Shown here piece by piece: positions 1 through 12,131 of a stretch of DNA of 32,000 nucleotides; the first letter of the stretch is position 1; the number at the start of each line of letters is the position of its first letter. Both the position numbers and the translations under genes were made by a program. The notes under the pieces were generated by a model, which was given only the letters and a program-made list of their open reading frames with translations, did not search any database and was not told the DNA's origin. This stretch comes from Zygophlyctis sp. KS116 (Eukaryota > Fungi > Chytridiomycota), in the NCBI GenBank assembly GCA_054661495.1, contig BAAFSQ010000001.1:90001-122000 (forward strand), read 5' to 3'.

Positions 1-221
1 TCTTGTCGAAGTCCAATATATCCATCAAATCCCTTGACTAAATTCCCAAAATTAGTTTCATTCAAGTATGAGACTTCTAGAGTAAATAAATGAGACTCTA
101 TAGACAAGAGTTTCTTTTCACAGTTTCTTTTAGAGTTTACTAGAGAATGTAGTTTCTTTTCTAGAGATTCCAGTTCTTTTCTAGAGTCTAAGAGTTCAGA
201 ATTTGTGTCCTTGTTTGTCAT
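1..221 (-). CDS. EAF6: Chromatin modification protein Eaf6/MEAF6 (NuA4 subunit), 5' part, runs off the window edge
   Basis: Not in the ORF track. Manual translation from ATG 221 gives MTNKDTNSELLDSRKELESLEKKLHSLVNSKRNCEKKLLSIESHLFTLEVSYLNETNFGNLVKGFDGYIG, matching the Eaf6 E.SYL.ET..GN.++GFDGY motif. Confidence 0.85.
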   Translation of the reverse strand, partial: MTNKDTNSELLDSRKELESLEKKLHSLVNSKRNCEKKLLSIESHLFTLEVSYLNETNFGNLVKGFDGYIGLRQ

Positions 222-317
222 TTATTTTGTCTTGATATTTATAGATTTTATAGAAATTAGTAGATTTAATACCTTTTTAAAAGTCAAATAATTCTCAATA
301 AAAGCAATTTCAAAACA

Positions 318-789
318 TCAACTTAGAGTTGGTTTGTAGAATTTAAAAAGTAAAAGAGTTTCAACAGAATTCCAGTCACAGAGATTAATTTCTCTTAATC
401 TTTTACAGGTTTTAGAACAATTGACTCTAGGAATTTCTAAAAATTAAAAAACTAAAATTACCAATTCCAGATCCATTTTCAAAATTCCTTTTTTCAGAGT
501 CTATCAGTGATTTCTTATAATCATTCTTTAAATTACTAGTTAAATTATCAAAAGTAGAAAAGTAAGAGTCTAGTAAATCAAGAATATCAGTCTCTTGAAG
601 TAATTCTAGAGTACTAGTCTCCAAATATTCTTTAAATAATCTAGTTTTTTTTAGTAAGAGTTCCTTTAAAGGATTAAGAGCAGTCTTCTTCTCTGGTTTA
701 AGTAATTCTCTTTTGAGTTGTTTGGCTTTTCTAGAGTATGGATGTATTGGTTTTTTTGAATTTAAGAGATTCTTTTTACTTTTTCCCAT
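318..789 (-). CDS. TMA16: Translation machinery-associated protein 16; one 25-nt intron (437-461)
   Basis: N-terminal HPYSRKAKQL motif. Splicing 437-461 restores G-I-E-I-P and runs to TGA at 318-320. Confidence 0.75.
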
Positions 790-852
790 TTCTTGATCTG
801 TCGTTAGGACTGTGCCAAAGAGTTTCAGGTTAAAACTAATGTCCAGGATATT

Positions 853-1671
853 CTAAATCCTAGTAAATTCTTGTTCTGTTTGTAACCAATTAGATTTAGG
901 GTAGTCAAATTTTCCTTCAATCATATGCCAAGTATATATCCATCTATTTTGATCAGAATTATTTTGAGCAGTTTTATGATAGACTGATCCATGTATAATT
1001 ACTAGAGTTCCTGCCCTTGTTGGAGTTTTAATAAAATCAGATTCTTTAAATTCAAAATTTTCCAATGGATTATAAATAAATTCTGTTCCTCCTTTACCAG
1101 ATCTAACCATTCTTTTAGCTATAGGTAATTTATGAGACCCAGGATAAAATTCCATACAACCATTTTCTAGTGTAGCATCTTGTAAACAAAACCAAAATCC
1201 AATAGTAGAGTCTGGATTAGTATATATAAAACTATTATCTTGATGAAAAGGAACTTGACCTCCAATTTTAGCCATTTTAAAAATCAACATTGACTGTAAA
1301 ATTCTTGCATCTATAAATCCTAATTCTAGAGCAATTTCCTTAATTTTGCTTGATGTAGAAAATTCTCTAAAAACTTGTTCATGAATATGTAGTCCATGTC
1401 CTATTTTATTGACTGATTCTTGTCTTGAAAACAATAATTTTCCATCTTTAAAAGCATTTGGTTCGTAAAAGTATCGAACCTTGTCACCAGAAGATAAAAA
1501 GTAATCATCTCCTACATGATCAGAGTCTCCAGTCCTAAAAAGACTAGTAGGAGGGTCTGCATTTTCCAATAACCCTATAGATTTCTGTATAAGAGGGGTT
1601 GGGTCTGCAAAGTCTGGAATTATGAGGAATCCATTTTTTTTAAAATCTTGTAAATCCTGTTTTGAGAGCAT
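853..1671 (-). CDS. PHYHD1: Phytanoyl-CoA dioxygenase family (PHYHD1-like) 2OG-Fe(II) oxygenase, intronless
   Basis: Motifs YFLSSGDKVRYFYE, NKIGHGLH, QSMLIFK..IGGQV..HQD, DATLENGC and a distal His. Confidence 0.88.
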   Translation of the reverse strand: MLSKQDLQDFKKNGFLIIPDFADPTPLIQKSIGLLENADPPTSLFRTGDSDHVGDDYFLSSGDKVRYFYEPNAFKDGKLLFSRQESVNKIGHGLHIHEQVFREFSTSSKIKEIALELGFIDARILQSMLIFKMAKIGGQVPFHQDNSFIYTNPDSTIGFWFCLQDATLENGCMEFYPGSHKLPIAKRMVRSGKGGTEFIYNPLENFEFKESDFIKTPTRAGTLVIIHGSVYHKTAQNNSDQNRWIYTWHMIEGKFDYPKSNWLQTEQEFTRI

Positions 1672-1787
1672 TTCCTATTTCCACTTTTCTTATTACCACT
1701 CTCTACTTTAACCACTTTTATAATTTAAAATTTAAAATTTAAAATTCAATTGAAAATTTAAACTTTTAAAAAGAGTGTTGGTGGTCC

Positions 1788-1841
1788 AGGTCTGACAAAA
1801 AGGTCACGCCAAAGGTCAAAATCCAGGTCAAAATCTAGGTC
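1788..1841 (+). promoter_or_regulatory. Phased AGGTC(A) repeats upstream of RPT1
   Basis: AGGTC at 1788, 1801, 1813, 1825 and 1837; the last four have an exact 12-nt period. The regulatory role is inferred from position only. Confidence 0.4.
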
Positions 1842-1856
1842 TTTGAAAAGCTTAAA

Positions 1857-3292
<1,436 letters not shown>

Positions 3293-3376
3293 AACGTTCA
3301 AGTTTAAAAAGAGCTGCAAAGCCTAAATTTTCATTTATTAACCTTCAAAAACATCCCTTGTCCATTTTCAAATGTT

Positions 3377-6300
3377 TTAATCCATCATTCCATCGTCAGG
3401 GCTACACATTAAAATAATTAAGTCTTACCGCTCCGAGGGCTTGACCATTCCAGGTATGCGCAGAGCAGCTTCGAACTGCTGCTGCTTGTTCCTTTCCGCT
3501 TCAGCTTCTCGATCAGAGATAAATAAGTCTGTAGCGTCATCTGATTGAAACTCTTTGAGCGTAATTAAAAAGTCTCTTAGATGCTGTCGGAAAGCATTGT
3601 AGTCTTTATGCAATTCGAAAAGTCCCAAAACGAAGTGACGAACTTGAGCACTAGATGATTAATAATAAATAATTATTTACACTTGAAGGTGAGGGAAGGC
3701 TTGATGTAAAGTTGTGGTAACATAATCTCTTAGATATTCTTGATTTGTCATATTTGGATTTGGTACAGTGGCGGGGTCGAATAAGGGAACAGTAATCAGT
3801 CCAGAATCAACGTAACCGAATAACTGACTTAAAATCATACTCTGCAATCTAAATCCAGACTTGTGGGAAGTGCTAGTAAGCACAAAGAATATATCTTGCA
3901 GTATACTAATAAAGTAGGACTTGAAGAAGGCATTTGCAATCAAAGGCTCAGACTTTGAAAAATTAGTCAGCATTTCAGTGCAAATTGTCAGCCCCATATC
4001 TCCAATATCCCGAAGTGTATGCTTAAAGGCCCATACAACACTGTCAAGGAACAGTCGAAATTGCTGTGCAGGCATTCCCAAAATTGCTAAATGTTAGACA
4101 AGATCTAAAAAAATACCAGCAAAGCAATGCTGATTAATGGACTGCAACATTTTGAAAAATCCAACTCTGTGTTCTGGAAATTCTTCAAAGTTTTTGTTTA
4201 TCATGTTCAGAGTACACTCAAAAGTCGATTCAAGAATCAAAGGAACTTTATCATTCACCAAACCCTGTAAAATAAGTTCATATAAACTATATACCCCTAA
4301 ACGACCGACAATATTAGCCATGACATTCAAAACTTCAGCGTCTCTCGCTAAATCAACATTTCTGTTGTAGTCAACCAAAACTGCATCTAGAAGAGGAGGC
4401 ACCATGTTTTCCTTTACAGCGTTCAAATCATCAGCCCGAGAAACATATGTGTCAATCAATTTTAGTACTTCCTTCTTAATGGTCCGCATTCCTCGAATTC
4501 TTGGGGTCTTGGTCGCTATTGGCCCTTGAGTAACAACGGATTGGGAAATAAGTTCTGAGACTGCCTTATAAACACCTAGAAGATCTAAGTATATTCTCCC
4601 AATTTGAGTGATAAAAGGAGCCCCGATAGAAGAACACGCAGAAACATTCGTTTTAAGGATATTCCCAAGAATTTTTACATTTTCAGGATTATTTAAAACA
4701 TCCACGTTCTGAGCAGCTAGGGCCATTATTTTATCCCACTGATATTAATTTCTAAAATATAATTACCGCCTGGTTTGGTAACTCCATCAATTTTGTAATC
4801 AGCCTTTCAGACTGTTGCTTATTCGTTTGAGCTGAAATCATATGACCTGCAGCTTCATAAAATGTATGAACCTGTTGAGGCATCAGGTCTGAGGTAATGA
4901 CATCAACATTCTTAAGAATTTCATCAATAAACGGCATATACTCATTTGCTTGTTGAATTACAAAATGTCTCTTGCATTTTTGAGCAATTTTGATAAAAGT
5001 ATCACAAGCCATATCTTGAACACCTTTCAAATTAAATTAAATAAATTACCTTCATGGAGCTCGTGCATGAACTCAAACAGCTTGTTTACTACGGTTTTCA
5101 AGAATTTCCAATGAGCCTTTAAAAATCTAGGGTATTGACCGACGATGTACATAATATTAGAAGCTACAACAGCTTTGTTATCTTTTCCCCGCTTCATTTC
5201 CGTCAAAGCCAGCAAATCCTTAATAACTGTTACTAGAAAACGCTTCTCGGCTTCTTCAGACATTGCACCTGATATTGATCCAATAGCCCAACATAGCTTA
5301 TTTATATTTTCCCAAGACCATTCACTGCCATCCATCTAAAAAATCAGATCTAAATGATTGAACTTACCTGCTTGCCTAGTTTATCAGTCATAACATTCTC
5401 TGTATCGATCGTATCCAAATGAGTTAGGTACACCAAAACTTCTCTCATACTTTTGTAGAGTGTTATTGTATCACCCTCCTTCATAAATTCTCGAACTATT
5501 TCCCCTTCGTCATTTTCAACAATAAGAACTTCTTCTGGTTTAACCATGCGTTCAATCATAACCACTCTCAGGTTTGACAAGATCTCAGTATATCGATTTC
5601 TTCTAAAAGTTCCATTTGAGAATTGAGACCTCGCTGCTAGATTCATAACGTGAATATCCGAATTCGGAGAAGATTGAATTTCATCATAGAGCTCTGCAAC
5701 TAATTTAGCCCAATATTCCAAGCAAATTTTGAAGATTTCTCTATCCTTGACCATTGAAATTCTCAAGAGATAGTTATGGGCCACTAAAATCAATTCTTGA
5801 AGCCTTTGATTATTTAGAGCAGCCTCTTCAACTCTTTTTATATGAGTTCCTAAAAATGTAGATAAAAACAAGGCCAAATTTTGAATAAAATTCTGTTCTT
5901 TATCACTTGAATTCTCATAAACATCATCTAAATTCATTGCAGGCGTCAAAACATTCATAACAGACTCCAAAACCATTCCAAATAATGTCGCAAACTTTGC
6001 ATCATACTCTGGACCAACACTTAATCCCGCGATTTCTGTAAAACATTTCAAAGTAACATTTCTAAACTGAGCAACTTGAAAAAACTGTGTTTTAGTTATT
6101 AAAGACCTACTCTAGAGTGTAAAATATCAATCAAATTCGTTTCAAAGATATAACCTAGCGGAATCCAATTCAAAAATCTTAAACAAGTCTCTAAAGTTGC
6201 AGAAATAAGACTTGGTTTCTGGGCTTTATCTAATACTTCATGACACAATTGGAAAACTTGAGAAAATTCACCACACATTTGATTTTTTAGATTAGTAGCT

Positions 6301-6896
6301 TTTGCGCTAGTCATTTGTTCAGCAGAGAAATCAAAAATTTCTTCACTAAACATTCTATAAATCCCTTTTAATACTTACCTTAATAATTTCAAAATAACCA
6401 TATTATTCTCACAAAGTGATAAATTTGTTCTTGAAGAACTAACTATTTCAGGAATAAAACTTGGCCAAGCATGAGGCCATTCCTGTTTTAAAATCTAGTA
6501 TTTTTTAAAAATAAAAAAAATTACTTGAACCAACACAATATTTAATTTTCCAAGTAAAGTTTTATTCTTTTCCAACGATTCCTGATCCGATGAAGTTTTG
6601 ATAACAATAGCAACAATGAAATTTTTGATCCCACTTCTTTGTACTTGAGGTAGAGCCTTCCACATTGTTTTTATAAGTTTTTCCAGAATCTGCAGCGCAA
6701 TGAACTTGCTTTCAGCCAATGATGATTTTTCCAGAATAGCATCAACTCTTTTCCATGCGTCTGGATGTTCCTGAAACTGTTCTAGAATTTGTTTAGCCTG
6801 AAACTGATCTTGACCAGCGGATTTATAAAAAGAAGAGACTGTAGAGTCAAACAAGCCTATATTTAAATCTACTGTAAAGTCTAGCAACGACGACAT
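3377..6896 (-). CDS. CRM1: Exportin-1; introns 6495-6524, 6346-6378, 6085-6110, 5336-5367, 5024-5049, 4739-4766, 4265-4294, 4087-4116, 3651-3680, 3402-3428
   Basis: [92 protein letters not shown]. The spliced frame ends RPDDGMMD*. Confidence 0.96.
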
Positions 6897-7140
6897 TTTT
6901 TTGAATCCTGGGACTTGAACGCTCACTCAACCGTTGCAGCAGACACTGGGACCAAGACACTGACCCCCAATTGTTCACACACCTCAGTCATGACACTCAC
7001 CTCTCTAGACACCAGCCCTGTCGATCAGACGAATTTCTTTCTGATAAGATTGAAAAATACGGATACTCAAGCTTGTTTTAAAATCAACTGATTTATTGCA
7101 TCATATCAAAAATGGGTAATTTAATGTGAAGACTCTGAAA

Positions 7141-7817
7141 TTAATCGAGGCTTTTAATAGTAGATTCTGCAGGTTTTTCCAATGGGGTAGTTTCTTGGGA
7201 TTTTTCAACTGCTGCTTTGCTGATATTTTCACCAACATTTTCACTTGTTTCTAACTATTGTTGGAATGGGCCATCGCCTAACTCTTTCGGGTTTTCTATC
7301 CCAGCATACTTCACTATTGTGCTGATTTCATTGAAAACTTCTAGGTATTGCAAATGTGACTCTGCAATCGCAAGTTTTAAAGAGCCACCGTCCGCAACTT
7401 TCTGGTCCTCTGTGTCAGAATCCTTCAATATATCGTCCGTATAGTTGAGAGCGGCAAGTAAACACTGCAACTGGACACTGAACGCTAAACACTAACCAAT
7501 CTCTGAAAGTCCAAAGTCTAGAAAGAAAGTTATGCAATTAGTCTGAAATAAGTGGAATTATACTTTTTCAGAAGAGAGTACAAGTTTATGTCAATTTAAG
7601 AAATGTATGCTAAAGCGTCTTTTGCAATCAATTCTTTCACATTTAAGGCTGCAACCTGTGCTTCAAGTTCTACAGCCTTCTGAATTCGATCGTGGTGAGC
7701 AGCAGATATTATTTTCTGGTCTGTCGTTTCACTTAAAGCTTGCTGGATTTGTAAGTCGGCATCCTTTCTTATATTTTCCAATTGAAGTTTTAACTCTTCT
7801 GCTTCTTTGGAGTATTT
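7141..7817 (-). pseudogene. Decayed coiled-coil protein gene
   Basis: Protein-like frames (KEAEELKLQLENIRKDADLQIQQ..., ...EVFNEISTIVKYAG...) are interrupted by TAA 7596-7598 and TAG 7255-7257. The frame continues past the TAG to TAA at 7141-7143. No clear start codon. Confidence 0.5.
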
Positions 7818-7867
7818 TTAGCAAAAACAATAATTATACAAGGGGAAAAATTCTTAATGCAAGAAAT

Positions 7868-8568
7868 TCATAAAGGAGTTTCTGGAGCACCAGTGATTGA
7901 AGTCGAGCTACTTGCGTCTGACCCAATAGGTGAACAGAAATCTGTTTGCTTTCGAAAGACAATTTCTTTTTCTCGTTGAATAATACCAAGTTTTATGAAA
8001 GCATCTTTAATCAAGTCTGGTTTATATAGATCTTGCTGGTCAGGCAAAATCAGCCTATATTTTCCGCCAACCACTGGAATTTTCGAAGAATGGACGCTTC
8101 CATTGATATGCGAATTCAAGGCCTTGAAATATTCCCACTCTTTTGGCTCCAACATTTCCTCAATGGGTACTGTGACTCCTTCTCTTGGTTTAGCAGGCAG
8201 TCGGGCCATCTCCTTATTCCCCAAACCATGCAAAACATTCCCAAATGTCGGACTATAACCGTCCTTGACATTCAATTCATAGTCGCTGTAAAATGCTTCT
8301 GCCACAGATGTAAGAATACGCCGACCATCAACTATTGCCCTGTCTTCTTTATGACGAGATACAGTGCGATCTTCTATTGTTTAGCGAAAATGAATATACT
8401 TTTTCTCATTTGTTCCTTGACAAGTTCAAACCATTTCTGCTTATCAGAGCGGAGTTCGACAAGCAACAGGTCAATCTTTTCCTGAGCGACACCGATGTAC
8501 TCTCCAGTGCCAAGAATAGCTCGTTCAATTTCTTCCATGTTGGCTTTCAACTCGTCGGACGGATTCAT
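7868..8568 (-). CDS. Hypothetical protein, about 224 aa, N-terminal coiled coil; 26-nt intron 8374-8399
   Basis: The intron GTATAT...CAATAG joins ORFs 8374..8586 and 7868..8305 in frame, starting from ATG 8568. Confidence 0.65.
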
Positions 8569-8773
8569 TTCAATATACGTGTTCAAACCCTACCCTGAGG
8601 GTTCTTATCGATGGATACGTTTGATACACAGTAATTGCAATCATTAAATCCACAATTTTCCTAGTGGAAAATAACAGTGAGTTAAATCCAAAAAGTTTAA
8701 AAAGTTTCGGACAAGAATATCCAGGGTTTCCTGCTAAAACCTAGGACACCCAGCCACGGGCAACGACAAAAAA

Positions 8774-8781
8774 AAACCCTA
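8774..8781 (+). promoter_or_regulatory. AAACCCTA telo-box-like element just upstream of RPL12
   Basis: The exact octamer lies 10 nt before the ATG and recurs at 8585 and 9922 in intergenic DNA. Confidence 0.4.
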
Positions 8782-8790
8782 GAAAAGAAA

Positions 8791-9305
8791 ATGCCACCAA
8801 AGTTAGACCCAAACGAGATTAAATATGTTGTCCTCAGAACAGTAGGAGGAGAAGTTGCTGGAGGATCAGCCCTTGCTCCAAAGATTGGTCCACTCGGTCT
8901 CTCTCCTAAAAAGGTCGGAGAAGATATTGCTAAAGCTACACAGGCTTACAAGGGTTTAAAGATCACTGTCAGACTTGTGATTCAGAATAGACAGGCCGCA
9001 GTAGAAATCATTCCTTCTGCAAGCTCTCTAGTCATTCAGGCTCTAAAGGAACCTTATCGTGATCGTAAAAAGGAAAAAAATAGTAAATTCCTTTTAAATT
9101 AATTCTAGTTAAACATTCTGGAAACGTTTCATTAGATCAAATTATTGATATTGCTAAAAAGATGCAACCTAGATCTTATGCAAAGGAATTGAAGGGAGTT
9201 GTAAGAGAAATCTTGGGAACTGCTTTTTCTGTTGGATGTACTGTAGATGGTCAAAGTCCTCAGGATATTTCTGCTAAAGTTGCTAGTGGAGAGATTTCAG
9301 TTTAG
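8791..9305 (+). CDS. RPL12: 60S ribosomal protein L12 (uL11); intron 9083-9108
   Basis: [11 protein letters not shown]...[20 protein letters not shown]. After splicing it reads NIKHSGN...[15 protein letters not shown] to TAG 9303-9305. Confidence 0.97.
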
Positions 9306-9335
9306 AATACTTAATAAATTTCTCTCTACAGAATC

Positions 9336-9887
9336 TTAATGATCATAACTAGGCGGTTCTCTAGTGTCTATTGGTAATGGTACTACATGGAGTCTACCTC
9401 TTTGACCCTGAGTTGAAGATTCCTGATTTGGAGACTCTTGATATAATGGTAGAGATTCTTCAAAAGGATTAGAGTCTGAGATCCTAGCTCTTAATTGTAA
9501 AAATATAGATGAAAATTCAAATCCACCTCCACTTTTAAAAATCAATTTCAAATTTCCTGTAATATTTAGTCCTCCATTGACAACAGGCTCTACAGATCCT
9601 TGATATCTATTAGCATCCCACCAAGGTTGTATAAATTCCACATTAGAGAGATTCATCAATGGAATATTCATATTTTTGAAAAATGTATAATCATCATGTG
9701 CAACATAGACAATTCTAATATTTGTTAAATACAATTTCCCCGCCAGACAAAAATAATGATGTCCTTGTCCGGGATATCCCTGACCACTTTCATACTCTAA
9801 ATCTACATTGTCTTGCTCATAGAACAATTTTTCATTAGTGACCCAAACTGGTGCGCCAAGAGAGAGAATTGCTCCGTTGAGAGCCAT
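9336..9887 (-). CDS. WBP2-like PH/GRAM-fold protein with C-terminal PY motifs
   Basis: GKLYLTNIRIVY, F.QP...AN, LIFKSGGGFEF, and C-terminal LPLY and PPSY. Confidence 0.75.
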   Translation of the reverse strand: MALNGAILSLGAPVWVTNEKLFYEQDNVDLEYESGQGYPGQGHHYFCLAGKLYLTNIRIVYVAHDDYTFFKNMNIPLMNLSNVEFIQPWWDANRYQGSVEPVVNGGLNITGNLKLIFKSGGGFEFSSIFLQLRARISDSNPFEESLPLYQESPNQESSTQGQRGRLHVVPLPIDTREPPSYDH

Positions 9888-9944
9888 ACTTTTAATCTAA
9901 AACTAAATCTAAACTTGTAGTAAACCCTACTGAAAAATTGTAAA

Positions 9945-10517
9945 ATGGTTTTTGTTTCTTGTTTTTATGGATCTGTAAGTGATTCAGAATTCCCTGCTCT
10001 ATTTAAAGAATTAATTTTACTTTCTGGAAATATTTTACTAGATTTTAATTATCTCTGTCAAGAAACTATTTTTACAGCGCAAAAGGAAAGAGAATTTGGA
10101 AAATTATTATTTATTAGGAATGCAATCACTCATCAAGATTGCATTCAAAAAATTAATCCTCCAGAACCTTGGAATAGAAATGAACCAAATATTATTTGTT
10201 ACAGTAAATCTCCAATTTCTGGGAATTCTCTTGGTCTTTTAAAAGATTTGGGATATTCTTCAGGGCAGCATCTATTAAAAGTTGGATATTCATTTACTTA
10301 TTTTGGAATTGATGTATTATTAGTAAAAGTATGTACTAGACAAGATTTAGTCTGGAAACCTATGGGAAATCAATGGTTGGTAATTGTAAAATCACCAGAA
10401 TACTCAAATTCCAATGATGCACAAAAATATACTGCAACTATAAAGAATATTACAAATTTATTAAAGTCTACAGTTGAAGATTTGGGATCAGTAGATCATT
10501 CTTTTCTTAAACTGTAA
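9945..10517 (+). CDS. MED18: Probable Mediator subunit Med18 (Srb5)-like protein
   Basis: Size and pattern LKDLGY...KVGYSFTY..I.V, W+V.VK, and a C-terminal L..VDH..L resemble Med18. The sequence is divergent. Confidence 0.55.
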   Translation: MVFVSCFYGSVSDSEFPALFKELILLSGNILLDFNYLCQETIFTAQKEREFGKLLFIRNAITHQDCIQKINPPEPWNRNEPNIICYSKSPISGNSLGLLKDLGYSSGQHLLKVGYSFTYFGIDVLLVKVCTRQDLVWKPMGNQWLVIVKSPEYSNSNDAQKYTATIKNITNLLKSTVEDLGSVDHSFLKL

Positions 10518-10590
10518 ATTAGAATCAATGACTTTTTTGAGAGATTAGTGCATCTACTGCATCTACTCGCAACACTAGAAATATTTTCAA

Positions 10591-12051
10591 ATGGCTAGAT
10601 TTGGTGATTTTAGTGGAGAGAAATCTACTCCTGCTAAAGCTACAAAATGTACAGAAATTGTAATTCCAAGAAGGAATATAGAAATATCAGATGAAGCATG
10701 GGATAAAACTATAGAAAAGGCTGCTACAATGACAATTATACAAGAAAACTCTAAATCTCTTGTGGATAATGGAGAACCAGTCATTAATAAGGAATTATTA
10801 GAATATTTACAGAAATTGTCTCTAAAGAATCAGGAATTGCTCTCAAGTACTCAAAAAACTATAGATTTGTTTCAGCAGAAATTGAAAATACAGGAAGAGG
10901 AGGAATCTGCTTTAAAAAAGGTATTAGAGCTCAAGGAAAAGGAGCTGAAAGTATTAGAGCTCAAGGAAAAGGAAATAAAGGAACAGGAATTAAAGGAACA
11001 GGAATTAAAGGAACAGGAAATAAAGGAACAGGAAATAAAAGAAAAACAAGTTGTGCTAAAACCTGAACAAGTAAAAGTACCTTTAGCAAATGAACAGTCG
11101 AAGCAGAATGATTTGCATTCAATTCCAGGAAGAGTGGTATCAGTGTCGGCATATGAAGATGCTCAAAGTTGTTTACAGGTTATTACAAATGCAAAAAAAT
11201 TAAAGCATGCTCTAAATTCTCCCTCTATATTCAAGGGGAAAATGACTATCAGGACTAGATGTGGGCAGTTTATGAATTTACAGTCTAAAGTTATTGAAAT
11301 TGTATTTAAAATTTATAATATTTAATAGGCAAAAACTGTCAGTTCATTATTAGAAGAAGGAAAAAAAGAATCCGAACAGGTCTATGATTACTTGATGTAT
11401 TTGGTTGCAAAACAAGTTGTAAAACAGGCCGAGACTGAAGTTGCGGTTAAAAAGGATTTGGCTTTTCCTATTGCTGTTTTTTGTTGTATGCTGATGGAGA
11501 AACATTTGGCATTTAAGAATTTTTTAATTGGAAAAATGATTACTAAATGTCCTTATATAGTTCCAATGTATGTGAAAAAGGGGGTAATTAAATTGAATTT
11601 AATAATAAAGCAAAGTACAGATGCAGAGTATAGAAAAAATTTGGGATATACAAAGAAAGAAGATGGGTCGTATGAGACTGAAATTCAGTACGAAGAAAGG
11701 ATGTGTGGTGTTTTAAGTTTATATTCTGCGATTGTTCAAACTACTGCGCTGCCTCACTCTTATGGGATACAGTATGGATGGAAATGGTTATCAAGAATGT
11801 TCAATCTTCCTGTGAGAAGAATATCTGCTTCTCTGATTCTTATATTTATCGAAATGGCTGGATATGAAATGTATAAAAAGTATCCAACTCAAATGCCAAA
11901 GTTAATGACGCTTCTAATACGAGAAATCATCCCTAGAATGCCAGAAGCTTCAGTCGCAAGTATTACAAGATTACAGCTATTTCTAGAAGAAACTGTCATC
12001 AAGACTGGGTCTATTCCAGAGCCATTTGGAAAACATCTAAAAAAGAAGTAA
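10591..12051 (+). CDS. GLE1: mRNA export factor Gle1; introns 11302-11328 and 11584-11610
   Basis: Coiled coil followed by AKQVVKQAETEV, AFPIA, KCPYIVP, Y.ERMCG+..LYSAI and GWKWLSR. Confidence 0.88.
10921..11046 (+). repeat. Coding tandem repeats in GLE1: a 30-nt duplication followed by 15-nt units encoding KEQE(L/I)
   Basis: gtattagagctcaaggaaaagga occurs twice (10921, 10951), then aaggaacaggaa(t/a)ta four times plus degenerate flanking units. Confidence 0.85.
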
Positions 12052-12131
12052 ACATTCATTGTAGAAAGTTTATTTTTCAATTATTTAATCACGGGAATGA
12101 TTCATTATCTTGCTCTACGTCTTTACAATAT

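Noticed and set aside
6371-6380. ATACTTACCT, the 5' end of U1 snRNA
   Set aside because: It is the reverse complement of a CRM1 donor site, and no U1 body follows.
7255-7598. Stop-codon reassignment (TAA/TAG = Gln, as in some aphelids)
   Set aside because: Conserved genes terminate at TAA, TAG and TGA, and their apparent internal stops all fall in introns.
10963-11046. CRISPR-like array
   Set aside because: The units are contiguous coding repeats without spacers, in a eukaryotic gene.
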